DNA of 62,720 nt, filler included, from Sphacelaria rigidula (taxonomy: Eukaryota): the NCBI GenBank assembly GCA_964200075.2. It is 8 parts of 8 records of this genome, joined end to end, with 100 filler letters (N's around TTAATTAATTAA, not from the genome) between each part and the next. Parts side by side here need not be neighbours in the genome. Positions count along the whole stretch, not along the records: positions 31,414 to 39,166 come from CAXNAA020013571.1; positions 39,267 to 47,018 come from CAXNAA020013572.1; positions 47,119 to 54,869 come from CAXNAA020013573.1; 5 more parts are not named here. The stretch is one strand, 5' to 3'. Shown here in pieces: positions 37,560-49,800 of this stretch. The stretch's first letter is position 1; each line of letters starts with the position of its first letter. Both the position numbers and the translations under genes were made by a program. The notes under the pieces are model-generated. The model ran no database searches, was not told the origin of the DNA, and saw only the letters and a program-made list of their open reading frames with translations.

Positions 37560-40178
37560 TTGTACACTGTTCAGGCGCAAACTGCATTGCTTGATTTTAC
37601 AGCGCCATCAGTACATTACCGCACCCTACAAGCAATGCCGTAGAGATTTCAACGTATGGTTTTGTGTTTTCGCCTCACTTCCAACCCTTCGTCTCCATCA
37701 GAACGAGTCAGTGTTCCGAAGGGATCAGCCCATCTCTCTCTCCCCTGGCACACGCCTTACATTTCGGCATCGTGGATTGGATCGTGACTATCAGTACTCC
37801 CGCATCGCGTCGACTGTCGGTCTGAAAAACTCAGCAAAAACAGTCCTTATGCTTTTCACGTCTTCACGATTTCAATGACAAAATATCAGATAAACCTGAG
37901 TAAGACGCAAAACTAGACTCATCTGACGGAAACCGAACCCGCGTTTTCCCCACCCCCTACTAGTGTCAGTTGTACCATCAGACCACCGGGGCGCGGCATG
38001 AGTGCACTCACGTATATAGGTGTACCGATGAGAGAACTTGTGAACGGAGACTCGACATAGAAAGCCATCACTCCATTACTTGATCCACACGGCAGAATAA
38101 ATCTTGTCAGCCCTTGGGTTTCTGGGCGAGCAAAGACTCTGCAGCTTCTTCGTTGGCCTTCGCATCGGACGCACTCAACACAGGGCAAGTCGTGCCAAAA
38201 CAGACTTTGTCGACGCAGACAAGACACTCGTGCGCTGCCTCGGCCGATTTTGACCACTGAATCAAATCGGGGTTCGATTCTCGTTGGCGGGTGATGCAGC
38301 ATATGACCATTCGTACCTGAAGAACGCCTTGTTTGTCTATCAGCGATGGCCTTCCCGGTTAGGTATGTCGTCACAATCACGGGGGAAAAGGCGAGAGCCA
38401 GCGTGTCCTTCGGGACGTCACTTATCATTTCCTCTGTGGAGGGGAGTAGATCGCTCCGAAGAGCCACCGTGTCTCCATACTAGATCGATTCCAGTAGACG
38501 GCTAACCGGTTTTTGGTGTTTTTTCTGAAGGACGCCGACGACGACAGGAGGAGAGAGGAACACCAAACAACACTTGTCAGCACCAGCTCTCGTCCAGCAA
38601 TGAATGTGACTCACAGACATGTGGACACGCAGCTCGGTTTCATGGACCGTCAAGCACGTCGTGGAGAAAATACCGCAAACGACGCGGTTGAGGAGCGGAA
38701 CATTGGCAGTGACTGAGACTGTGTGGCGATGCAAGCTGGTTAACCCGTGCTGGCATGTGGGGTTGTATTCTGTTTTGCTTGTATGCTACACTCTGGGGTA
38801 AACGACCGGATGGATATAACAGTATAGGATGAGTATGGGGTAGTCACGCACCTCCGTCACGCACCTCCGTGTCCCCTAATCGGGACTTTAGAGTATCTCC
38901 CAATCGCCCGGGCGACATCATTAACGTGATATCCGATGGTAGGGAATGCAGCTCTCTAGTTAACCTGAAATGATAACTAATTTCAGGCGAACTAAGGTCG
39001 TCATCAACGAAACTTTTCTTTTTAATTCTTCGATTTCTTCGGGTTGTTTTTCGATTTTTCACAAAAAAGGGAATGCTGGGGGCGGGGTGAGGGGGTGGGG
39101 GGGGGGGGGGGGGGGCCCCTGATTATGCATGCCATAGTCATCAGACCATTGACCTCCCATCCCCACNNNNNNNNNNNNNNNNNNNNNNNNNNNNNNNNNN
39201 NNNNNNNNNNTTAATTAATTAANNNNNNNNNNNNNNNNNNNNNNNNNNNNNNNNNNNNNNNNNNNNCTTGACCCGGATCGAAGGCAAAAAGCCGTATACC
39301 TAAAAGAGCCGTATACCTAACCCTAACCCTAATTTTGCAGCTAATCTAAGCTAGCAAGGCTACCGCGTCAGCAATAGCGAGGTTGAATTGAATGATACGA
39401 TTAGACCTTAAGTACGTGTAGAGTGTTAGATTCTTCTTCCAGGGTTGAGCATGGTTATATTCCGTGATTTATCGCCCTTGCATTCCCTCTCTTGAGCTCA
39501 CCAAGCTTACCCAGCTCTCCTTCATTTTCTCAATAATCTGCTTGCAAAAGAGGCTGCCTTGATTTTGTTCGGCCAAAGTGAAGAGCCCCAAACACCATTT
39601 TTGTCTTCGGAGTTTCTGTCTGCTGCAGAAGCAGGTAGTTTGACAACTACTGTGCAACCTCTGCTAAACTCCTGTCTCCGCGACTGTAGTTGGTCTGTTT
39701 CGAGAACAGTACCAAACGCCATGAGCCACAAATATTCCAACACGTCTATCCTGGCTCATAATAGTAGGTAAATCACATATGTATTCATACGTTGCATGTT
39801 CACCCTTCAACTACTCGAGCCCGTTTCAAAGTAATAAATGGATTACATGTACGTTGTTCCGAGTACCAGTTGCCAGGTCAATCCTCGAGTGCTGGTCGCA
39901 ACTCCGGCGTTTCCGATGATATGCTACTTGACCACACAAGAGAAGCAGGCATCTTGAAACAACCGACTAAGAACAAAACAAATGATGCAAGATAGCGGAA
40001 GGAGCGGGAGCGGAAATTGAAAGCCTTCATTGCGCGTGCCTGAATATGACCCACTCGTCTCGAACACGACACTCGCATCAATGGTTCCGGCAAAAATGTC
40101 TGGATTTCAGCGAGTGATCACGAGGGTATGGACAGTAAACTCAAGTATATTACCCGCTTCAGGCCGAGGTACGCCTAC

Positions 40179-40946
40179 CTTTGGCTCCTCGCTCAGATGT
40201 TCCAGCTGCTGTCCGTCGGCGCCGCTCTCCAGACCACCGCTCGCAACGGTCGCCATCCCATCCACAGCTGCAGTCCCTGATTCCTTGACGATGTCCGATA
40301 TCGCGCCTCCCAAGGAGTCTCCGAAGGCAGCATCCATTTCGTCCGTAGGAATATTCAAACCAGTGCAAACCTTGAGAGTAATACTCGCAAGGGTCAGGGC
40401 CACCTTTGCAAGTGGCATTGCCTTCGCCGCCCACTCCCTCAGCTGCTTCACTTTGTATCCTTCACCATTAGGTCCGCACTCGGCTAGGCTGTAGTCATGG
40501 GCGCAGACAAAAAACAGGCGCAGTTTCCGGCTGAAATTGCCCTTCCCAGCCTTCTTGCCGTGGCGGCACCAAGCCCGCAGCCGTTCACGCCACCTCGGAT
40601 AGCTTCGTTCGTCATCCTTGAGCGTTCCGTCATGTTTCGGCAGCAGACAGGCCAAGCAAGGGACAGGCCACCTTAAGCAGGCTACGTCCAGCGATACGCG
40701 TCGCAGTATATGACGCTCCGAGTCATGCAGACCACCGCTGTCTATCTTCGCTTCGAGCTGGCTAAGCTGGCGGGCCAGCGTCTCCACTTTGTTGCCAAGC
40801 AGCTGGGGGTCGCTTTTGTCCAGCTTCAGCCGCCATTCGTGGAGATTTTGGGCCAGTGTGTCGAGCTTCTTGCTCCCTACTTCCGGTCCACGCGCCCGAC
40901 ACGCGTCAAGAATATCAACCAGCGCAACCTCGAGACCCTGCTGAAG
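40179..40946 (-). CDS. ROCO GTPase, post-COR C-terminal exon (LQQGLEVAL...RWPVPCLACLLP...KLRLFFVCAHDYSLAECGPNGEGY...EEPK)
   Basis: ctcag| acceptor, aag|gtaggc donor, 768 bp, phase 0/0. The P.P.L..LLP / LRLFF.CAHD.SL..CG..G.GY pattern is the kind I recall from stramenopile ROCO C-termini. Confidence 0.8.
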
Positions 40947-41784
40947 CTGAGGGGTGGAACGGGAAGGGAGACGAAATAAATGTTAATTTTGAGCGGGACC
41001 TTTGACAGTTTTCAACACATGTAGTTCACACACCGCGAAGATAATGACAGGGTGTCTCGCATTATCGGGGAGGGTAAATATGACGAGCCGCCAACCAGGA
41101 CGATCGGCAGTGAAATATCTGGCATAACTTGACCACAACGGTTACTTCCAAAGATTCAAACGTCTGACGCAACTGAACAGGTTCGACATGGCCGGTCTCA
41201 AAACTGCGCGATGATTAAGAGTCAGATATCGCTTTACCGTCTATAAATTGTTGTGCAACAGATATAATGGGCACGTGCGATGCTGAGTACTTGCAACCCT
41301 CTCAACGTAAAACGATAGCATCTTTTCAAATGTCGACCGCCAGTTGCACGCACCGAGTGTACAATCACCCCACCGTTAGGTTTGGTGTAGTCTGAATTCG
41401 AACGAGCCTTTACCTCCGTCCACCTTCACATACCACTCTGAGTGAGGTGATTAGAACAGCATGGCCCGATATTCCCACGTACGTGTAGCATACCACGCTT
41501 CAACACTCATCAACGAAAACCCACGACGAAAAACGTACACTCGCCATCTGGACAGCGAGAGAGAACACGGTTCGGAAAGCAGCGGTGCGCACCAACCACC
41601 AACTCCGAACGGCACCTCGCGTGTGCACTTGACGCGGTAATGGATCATGCGATGCCGACTGTCCAGCGCACCGATCAACAAGAGAGCTCTAATACGGCTG
41701 AAAAGAAGACACCTTACAACAGTGCGCTGCTCACGCAGAGTTATATCGAGTTCAAACACCTCTCATATGAACCGCTACTTGCTA

Positions 41785-42963
41785 CGAGCTGGGGCCAGCT
41801 GAGAAGCGAATTATAGTGTGCAGGAACATTGGCCGACCAATATTCAGAGTTGGACCCTAAAATCTGGTATGGACAATGAATAAGGCATAGTAAAAATAAA
41901 TACCAATGCGCACAATATTTTCTTCTTAATTTCTTTTCTCATGAGTTGAGCGCGTTGTACCGATACCTGAAAACTCATTATTGCCCTCAACACATGAAAA
42001 CGAAAAAGCTTGTGTGCACTGTTAATTTGTTCTAATATGCCCTATTCATTGTCGATATCAAATTTTAGTGTCCAATTCTGAATACCGGCTAATGGGCGGT
42101 ATAGTGACGGGGTCGGTGAAAATTCGGAACAGTATTTTGCAGGCCACGTAATGGCCCACGCTTGGTGTGTCGTGTATTGAAACTTTGTGTGGGCCGTGGC
42201 TAGGGCACAATCAACAAAATATAGTGGGTGAGTTTTTTTTCATTGGTTTACGGCGTTTTAGTGTGGTGAACATCATTTTTTCACTAGATTGCCTGAACCT
42301 CTCAAATAACAAATGAAGGCTCATTTTGTTTTTGGCATTTGGCATACCTCTGTAGTTCTCCATGCAAAGTTTCAAATAGCATTCTGAAAATTGAGCGAAA
42401 AACATTATTTGAGACCTACGAACAGTGTTGCTTTATCCTCAAAACTCCGTCAACACGAAAAAAAATGAAAAAAAGCTGTTTTTCTTCACTTATATTGTGC
42501 ACTACCGATTCTCCGTACGAAATTAAATAGCACAACTCTCGAAAACTAAGACGCGATATCCAGATCTAGGGCATCTAGTGCCTCTGCTTGTAATCTATCG
42601 ATTTTAGTGTCAGAACCTCATGTGCACCACATCTCAAGATAGATTACGAATTTGGTGAAGATTAGGGTGCCCATCGTCTCCCCGTACTCCATGGAATGTC
42701 CACACCAATATCGTCATCATCCGCACAATGTATCTTTCGGTATTTCATATGGATTTTAGTGAAGACGCTTTCTCCGCACGGTAGAGGAGTTACTAGGGAT
42801 GGGGTTTATTCAACAAGACAATACTGGCCCAGACGTTTGAGTAGATGGGCATCTTCCCCGTGATTAGACGATTAATACGATATGCGGACCATGGCCCAAC
42901 TCGTTTGTGTCGATGCCATATTGCCTTCAGAGCTTAAATCTATTTCTAGGTTGGCCCAGCTCG
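41785..42963. mobile_element. Mariner-type MITE family B, uninterrupted copy in a ROCO intron
   Basis: TA|CGAGCTGGGGCCAGC ... GGTTGGCCCAGCTCG. Collinear with 24580-24741 plus 27124-28146. Internal inverted repeat at ~41830-42090. Confidence 0.8.
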
Positions 42964-43331
42964 TTTAGTAAGGGAAAAAAACCCTCCGTAAGAACTCTCG
43001 ACCAGACTTCCTCCAAATTGAGAGAATTAGAATATATGCAACAGGCCGAAAACATTGGCAACACTAGATGAGTGATGCTACGGTAGGGGTGCACATGTAT
43101 TTTCTGAGGTTGGAATTATTAGGAGCCCTTCATCTCACACAAAACACGACTTTTGAAAATATGTGAGAGTACGCCAGGCTTACTATTTCAATGAATTTGC
43201 AAGCGGGGATGCCCTGACCCATATTCTTGTGCAATCTAGAATCGTTGGAAGCCCCTGAACCAGACAAGATTCCGCGCAAAACGTGCACCCCTACCGTGGC
43301 ATTGCTCAGATATATGCCGTATGCGGTGTAC

Positions 43332-44279
43332 CTGGTCCGCTCGACGTTCTAGATGCGCTCGTAGGCTATCCAAGCTATCTTTCCACGCTTCCGTACCCCC
43401 CATGAAGTGAGGGTCGCCGGAATCATTGAACGATAGCCCCGGGTACCTGTCCAATAGCAGCTTGCTCAGCGCCTCCATGGCAGCGAAGCCGTGGTCGAAT
43501 ACAGTCTCTCGCGTGCTACCTGCGATGCTCATCTCGATTCGCGCCCCTGTCTCAGCCGTAGGTTCGTGGAGACATACCAAATATTCCCTGCCGTTCATGG
43601 TGAATGCTGCACCCCGAATCCAACATGCGCGGAACAAAATATGATTGCTCCTACGAAAACTCCCGAGGAACTGGGCGATGACCCCCGCAGGTATGTAATC
43701 GGCATAAATCTCAATCACGAACCGCATGCTGAAACCGTTGGAAATGACTGAATTAAGTTCTGCTAGAGTGTCAGCATGCACTGCACTCGGTAGGCGGGCT
43801 GGTACCAGTAGCTCCCTCTCTCCACCCCTCTCAGGATCAGATGTGAACATAGCACCGCATACTGGTATCGTCTCCATCATGCAGCTGAGAACTCTCAGCC
43901 AGTCAGGGTCCCTCTCCACACCCCGGTTAGGATCACACTTGAACATAGCACCATATCTTGACATCGTCTCGATCATCCGGCGGAACACTCTCGGGCACTT
44001 GAGCACGGAGACCTCGCGCCAAACAAATTGCAGGTACTCTTCCGTCAGACGGCCCGTCCTGATGAAGATCTTGTGGGTTCGTATCAGCTCCGAGAAAGGG
44101 ATACCACAGTTTGCGCTGTATTCTTCTAGCTGCTTTCTCCATTCCCTCTCTTGCCGCTGATCTGCGAGGCGGTGATCTAGGAGCGCTCGCAGGAGTAGAT
44201 TGATCCACGACGGGTCGAGATGAACAAGGTCGCAGACAACCAACAGCGCACCGCCCGCTTGACGCATCTTGAGCGCGTC
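43332..44279 (-). CDS. ROCO GTPase, COR-domain exon (DALKMRQAGG...LVHLDPSWINLLLRALLDHRL...LLVPARLP...IPAGVIAQFL...CWIRGAAF...RADQ)
   Basis: ggcag| acceptor, cag|gtacac donor, 948 bp, phase 0/0. COR motifs V.LDP.W, LVP.RLP, P.G....F and W..G. Confidence 0.85.
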
Positions 44280-44542
44280 CTGCCAAATCAACCGAAGCAG
44301 ACAGACAGCACGGTATGAGCAAGGTTGACTACGGGGAGTTACGGGCGACCCAACAGCGAGTATCATCATGTACATGGAGTAGATAGTCGACGGTGGGTTC
44401 ACAACGAATCTCGAATATGCCTTGCTACCGTCACAATGATGTAGCAACACACTTGAATAACGACCTGTCCACCCGAGCAATAGTCGAGTAAGTGTCGATA
44501 CACGTGTCTGCCGCAAACTTTGTACATATCTCATGTTTTCAC

Positions 44543-45238
44543 CTGGAGAACTTGCTTCTGGTCGAGACGTGTCCGCCCCACCTCTGCCGTCAGTTCGAGG
44601 GTGCTCACCACTCTATACCACTCCTCCAGCATTTCCTCCCATGTGACGAAGTTACGCTTTTCGCGGGAAGAAATTGGGACCACTGGCTGACCTATCGACC
44701 TCGCCGCCGTAGAGGGCTCACCGCCCAGGAGCAAAGCCTCCGTCATCGCCCACACCCTCACCCAAGACACCGGTATCGCCTGACCGACGTTCGGGAAAAG
44801 CCGCCTGCCATTCGAATCTGTGCCACCTTCTCCAGCTAGTCTGCAGATCTCATCCCGGATACGGCACAGATCATGTCTGACACGGCCGGAAGCCGCCACT
44901 ACGCCGCAAATCGTAACGGAGGGTACTGCCCTTGCGGTACGGCCACGCCCTTGTTTAGCCCTTCGCATGGTTGCTGCGGCACGCTCCCATTCTCGATATT
45001 TGCATGCCAAGTGATTATCAATATCAGCCCCTAGATCCCTCAAAGCAGCTTCCACTTGCCCCCGGTTTTCGCCGAAAAGGTCCGTGTGGGTAGCGACGAC
45101 CAAGACTGAGCACCCAGGTAACCGACACAACAGGGCATCCAGCCAGATGTACACAGTGTCTCCCCGACAAGAAGTATCCCGGGAATACTTGTCGAGGTCT
45201 ACGACGAGAAGTTGTAGCGCCCCCTCAGTCAGAAACAG
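44543..45238 (-). CDS. ROCO GTPase, Roc C-terminal half to COR start (LFLTEGALQLLVVDL...WLDALLCRLPGCSVLVVATHTD...IPVSW...KQVLQ)
   Basis: caccag| acceptor, cag|gtgaaa donor, 696 bp, phase 0/0. Roc signature (HQ)LFLT..AL.LLV.DL, G4-like VVATHTD, and P.SW. P-loop, WDFAGQ and LRR exons are not seen in this contig. Confidence 0.88.
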
Positions 45239-46554
45239 CTGGTGATAACGGTAAGCGAGATAGCGAGGTATCCAGCAGACAAAAGATGTGACTATTAAAC
45301 ACTTTGAAAAAGTTGCCCATCTCATTGGCATGACTTCGCGAGAGCTAAACTTATGTCAACCGTGTGTTACTGGGATCTCGAGCGTTCCTCTGACGACCCA
45401 CGAGCATCCACATAGGGGAAGCCAGAAGTACATCTACACATACCACAGGTCCATCACCAGTGTCGTTCCCTGTAGGGCAGGGGGGACAATGGAAGCGTCA
45501 TGTCGAGTTGACTGGGTCCCCGAAAGAAATACCGTTCCCTGAAAAATGTTGAACATCAAATACTAGTGGTGGCCTTCAGATGGTCGATTTACATTTGCCA
45601 AAAGTAAAGACCCGAACTCTCAAAACTTGGGCAACATAAACAGCTTCAATGGTTCGCGGTAATATGAGCCCCAACTAAATGTGTATCAGTACAATCATCG
45701 AAGGTTCCTGTCTTTGTTTCGTGTCTGAAAAACACTACAAGCCAATGCTTTCGGACATCCGTCGCGCTTTCTCCCCAATTATGATGTCCTCAAACGAAAC
45801 AAGGAATCCAAAGTTCATTTTGACATGTAAGTTGGGGACGACTTGGAATTTGTGGCCGACTTTGGGGCAGGCAACATGGTGCAAAAATCTTGGGGTTAGG
45901 ATTAGAAGACCTGCCCCCCCACCCCCCATCGTTCGGTCTCCGGAGGTGGCGAAACCAGAAAATGCAGCAACTCACTGGAGGCTGTCATCCAAATACAGAA
46001 TAACCAGTAGGCTTCGGGCCGAACAAGCTTAGCAGGATGCAGCTCACCCTTCACGCGACTCGCCGAACATACCACGGCGCTATGGGATTCCAACCCTGGA
46101 ACCTCAGCGGCGAATCCCAACTTTGATTCAACTTGGACGACCTAATTCTTCTCGCTCGATTTGTTCCGAGTTAATACTCTATACTTTGAAGGGGACAACG
46201 CCTTCAATATTTAAGTGTCATCATCTGCGTTGTTTTAAACATGGGAGGGGGGAGTTGTTCTCGTTCAAAGTATTGGTGATGTTGTGCCTGCCGAGCAGTT
46301 GGCTACGAATTCAGTCACCCAAAATACATGTTTTAGACTTGCCTCGCGGATTTTTCGAGTGAATACCCTCTATATCTTCAAGGAGGAACTGAATTGGATA
46401 TATAGGCTCTCAGTATCTGCGTTTCAACTGAAGGGAAGGTTGACCATGTCCACGATGCTGGTAACCCCCCTCCCATCCTTGAAACAATGCAGATGATAAT
46501 CATATACTGAATGCGCTGTCTCCTTCAAAATACAAGGTATTAAATCGAGCCACC

Positions 46555-46865
46555 GCGCCCCGGTGGTGTAATGGTCCGACAGTCGCCAATGGGGCGGAGA
46601 TAACGACGGTTCGATCCCCGACGAGTTGGGTTTTTTCTACGGTATGTCTTCTCTCCGCCGTGGAAAGCCTGAGAACGTGAGTGGACTAAGTCGACCGAGT
46701 TTGTTTGACATGAGTTGACGCGGTGCGGGAGTGCTGCCCCAATCCGCGAGACAAAACTGCAAGGCGTGTGCCGCGGAGAGATGAGTTGATTCTTCGAGAC
46801 CACGGACTCGTCCCAAGGGAGGGGAGGGGTTCAAAGTGCGACAAATGAAATAAAGTAATAAAATA
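46555..46865 (+). mobile_element. tRNA-derived SINE
   Basis: Pol III A box TGGTGTAATGG and B box GGTTCGATCC in a tRNA-like head, ~230-bp body, A-rich tail. The 3' end (gaccacgg...gggg..aagtgcgaca) resembles ~1598-1670 (+) and ~17225-17290 (-). Confidence 0.65.
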
Positions 46866-49800
46866 GTTCAAAACGAGCCGCCTTCCTAAATGCGTCATGA
46901 ACTGACCGTCAATCGCACGAGGGCTCGAGGAGGCTGACCGCCAACCGAAGCGATGGAAGGAAAACCTCCAGGGAGTCATCCTACGATAGGGAGGGGAGGG
47001 GGGGGGGGGGGGGGGGGGNNNNNNNNNNNNNNNNNNNNNNNNNNNNNNNNNNNNNNNNNNNNTTAATTAATTAANNNNNNNNNNNNNNNNNNNNNNNNNN
47101 NNNNNNNNNNNNNNNNNNGTTGGAGGTGTCTCCATTAGGAGTAGGAACGGTGCTCCGTCTCGAAAGGGATGCGTGATCAATGGTCGAGCGACTACGGCAA
47201 GCAACAAATGAGTACGCCCCCTCCGTTTCTCTCTTCGCCGCCCCCCCCTCCTTCTCAAGTCTCCTTCAGCGATGTGTTCAGATTATTTTGCTTTGTGCAC
47301 GTCTATTTTGAGACCACGGCTGTTCCACAGCGGGCCAGGTGATGTGCAACAATAAAAAAAAAGCAACCAGGCAGTTTTCCAACCGACGCCCCCACACAGT
47401 GTGCACAACACTCGCATCGTGTACTGTACATTGGATTCATCATCACTTCCAAAGCGAGCCGGACAAACATGTGACGTTACTCAGTTTAATGCGTGAGTAC
47501 TCTCCTCATGCGTGTAAGGCGCGTATCATTATGGGGTGAGGACTGATGCCGAGATAGCACCCCCCAGAAAAGTGTCTAGTTTGAGGAAGTAAAATCTACA
47601 CGTGAATCCAAATGACAATGCCAAGCACACCGAGCAGCTGGGGACTCACACGCTTGGGATTGGTTCCGCCGAGGTCGTCCATACGAGGCGCTCCAAACAG
47701 TCTGAAACCAGCCATCATACACTTTAACCATTTTCTTCGTGACAGTTTTAGGGTTGGTATGGCGAGGGATTATCGCGGCGTCACTCTGAAATAGATATTG
47801 CCCCGTGCGCTTTCTTCATGGCGGCCAATCCGTCAATCCATTCCGCACATTACGACACCATCACGACATGTACAGTCACATCGCCAGAGAAAATATTTCG
47901 TATGTTTTTGTTGCCTTCAAAAGGCAGTATCACATTGTTCTAAATATGGGTGCGGGTGGCTGCTTGCTCCTCGCAGTGTTGCGCCTCCGCATTTCCTGCC
48001 TTTTTTTCATAATGCACCGATAAATACCTCCGAAAATGAACCCAACGATACCAATATATCTCATTTCGGCTTGGGCTCTGCACACGCACGTGGCCCCCAA
48101 TGACCAGGCTGAACGACAACGCTCAACGAGCTCAAGCGACGGAAGTAATGATCGTTACGTGTACACATTACAGTAGGTCGTTTCAGGGTACAATTCTACA
48201 GTGGTGTGATCTAGTAGTATGGCGAGTGAGATCGGCAAATTGTCGCCGGTTTGAGAAACCACGCCCCCCCCCCCCCCCCCCCCCTATGCAGATTTAGGTC
48301 ATGATGTGATGAGGGACTGCCAAACGTTTGCTCGTGCTAGGCAACGAGCCAACCCAACAAGAAGCCATGAGCAATCTAGAGACGGCAGGTGTTCCATTGC
48401 AAACAAAAGTTTGTGGAGTGTGCATTCATTTCTTCAATCCAACGACATGATGGTGCCTTGCGAAAATATACGAGTTTTGGGTTCGAATAGTCCCTTTTGT
48501 AGTGCTGTGCCTATTTTCTGGAGGGATATTTGTTGGTTGCCGTTGAGACGATAGAAAAAATACAGCTTCACATCTCTTGCGGTTCTTCACGTTCTATTCC
48601 ACCGAACGTTTTCATGTTATTTAGACGGCAGTACTCGGTAAACTTTTCAAACCAACGGGTTTGGCCACCCTGCATGCATCCTTCCTATGAAATTGGATAC
48701 ATGGAGTCTACTCAGTGAAAACTCCGAAAGACTTTGAGGTTTTCCGCCTCAGCAAGAAAGTAAGTTCACTTTGAACTCTGACTGTATCTTCATCCTCTTG
48801 ATAGGCTATCCATCGCACTGACAGTATAATACCTGTAATGTTGACTTCAAAATATGTAAAAGAGATCACCCCGCACTGTCAACTAAGCGCATACAGAACA
48901 GTGATGGGAAATGACCTACGGCCAAGAACCTCTCAAAAGAAGCGGGGCGGATCTAGGACGAGGTCCACGGAGAGCTTGGATTCGCTGGCGAAAACTTGTT
49001 TCGCCGCACACGGTTTTCGCCCGCGAATCCAAGAAACACCGGTAGTTTTCACCACCATGTTGTGTCTGTGCTGTAGTGTCTACTGTTGTAGTCGCGCCGC
49101 ATGGTTCATATTTTGAGCCCAGTATGCAATGAAGGATATCTCTGCCCACAGCGCATGAATCAAGCCAACGCCAGTTGTCACGTGTAGATCTGGTATGTAT
49201 CTGTCACCTTCCGACATGCTGGGTCGATACAAAGCCCCTGTAAAAAACAAAATGAGCTGTAGACGATGAGCCATGATGTTTCTTCAATACCGCATTTTTT
49301 TCGAAACCAAGTACGTTGGTTAGATTGCCAAGAATGACTTCTAGTTGAGGTAGGTGATGTGTGAAGTTGCAGTGCAATCTCGTTTTTACAGCGTGAGTTC
49401 TGTGCCATCACCTTGCGTAACTGGCGCACAATCACTTCTCAAAATGCCAGAATGGAAAATGACTGATGTTGTGTTTGTAATGGGTGCATCTTCTGTGCCG
49501 CCTCAGAGAAAGTATCTATCGTCAGTTAATGCGCTGTAGTGGGTATAATTGCATCAGTTTTTTCGGAGAGTATTGCTGTAATAATTTTTCATAGCTTGGT
49601 ATTATAAGATCCGTAATCATTGTGCATCATCGAATGCTTTGAATCCGCCAGGACGCGTTCACGAGGGGTGGTAAAGAACGTGACACTAACCAGACGCATC
49701 ACTGCTGCCGAAGAAAAATGGTTCATTTTTCACATTTGCGCATTTGCTCTGCGGCGAGTTACCCGCACGGCGACGCACCCACACATCCACGACAGGATTT

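Noticed and set aside
37919..38734. Gene in ORFs 37919-38467 and 38107-38310
   Set aside because: Possible exons, but no consistent splice model or family signature.
39315..39332. Telomere ((CCCTAA)n near a contig start)
   Set aside because: Fewer than three units, internal to other sequence; similar short runs occur at ~2730 and ~14035.
39522..39960. Terminal exon(s) of the ROCO gene
   Set aside because: A candidate (EFSRGCTVVVKLP...RLLRK*) has an AG acceptor but no recognisable homology, so I could not support the call.
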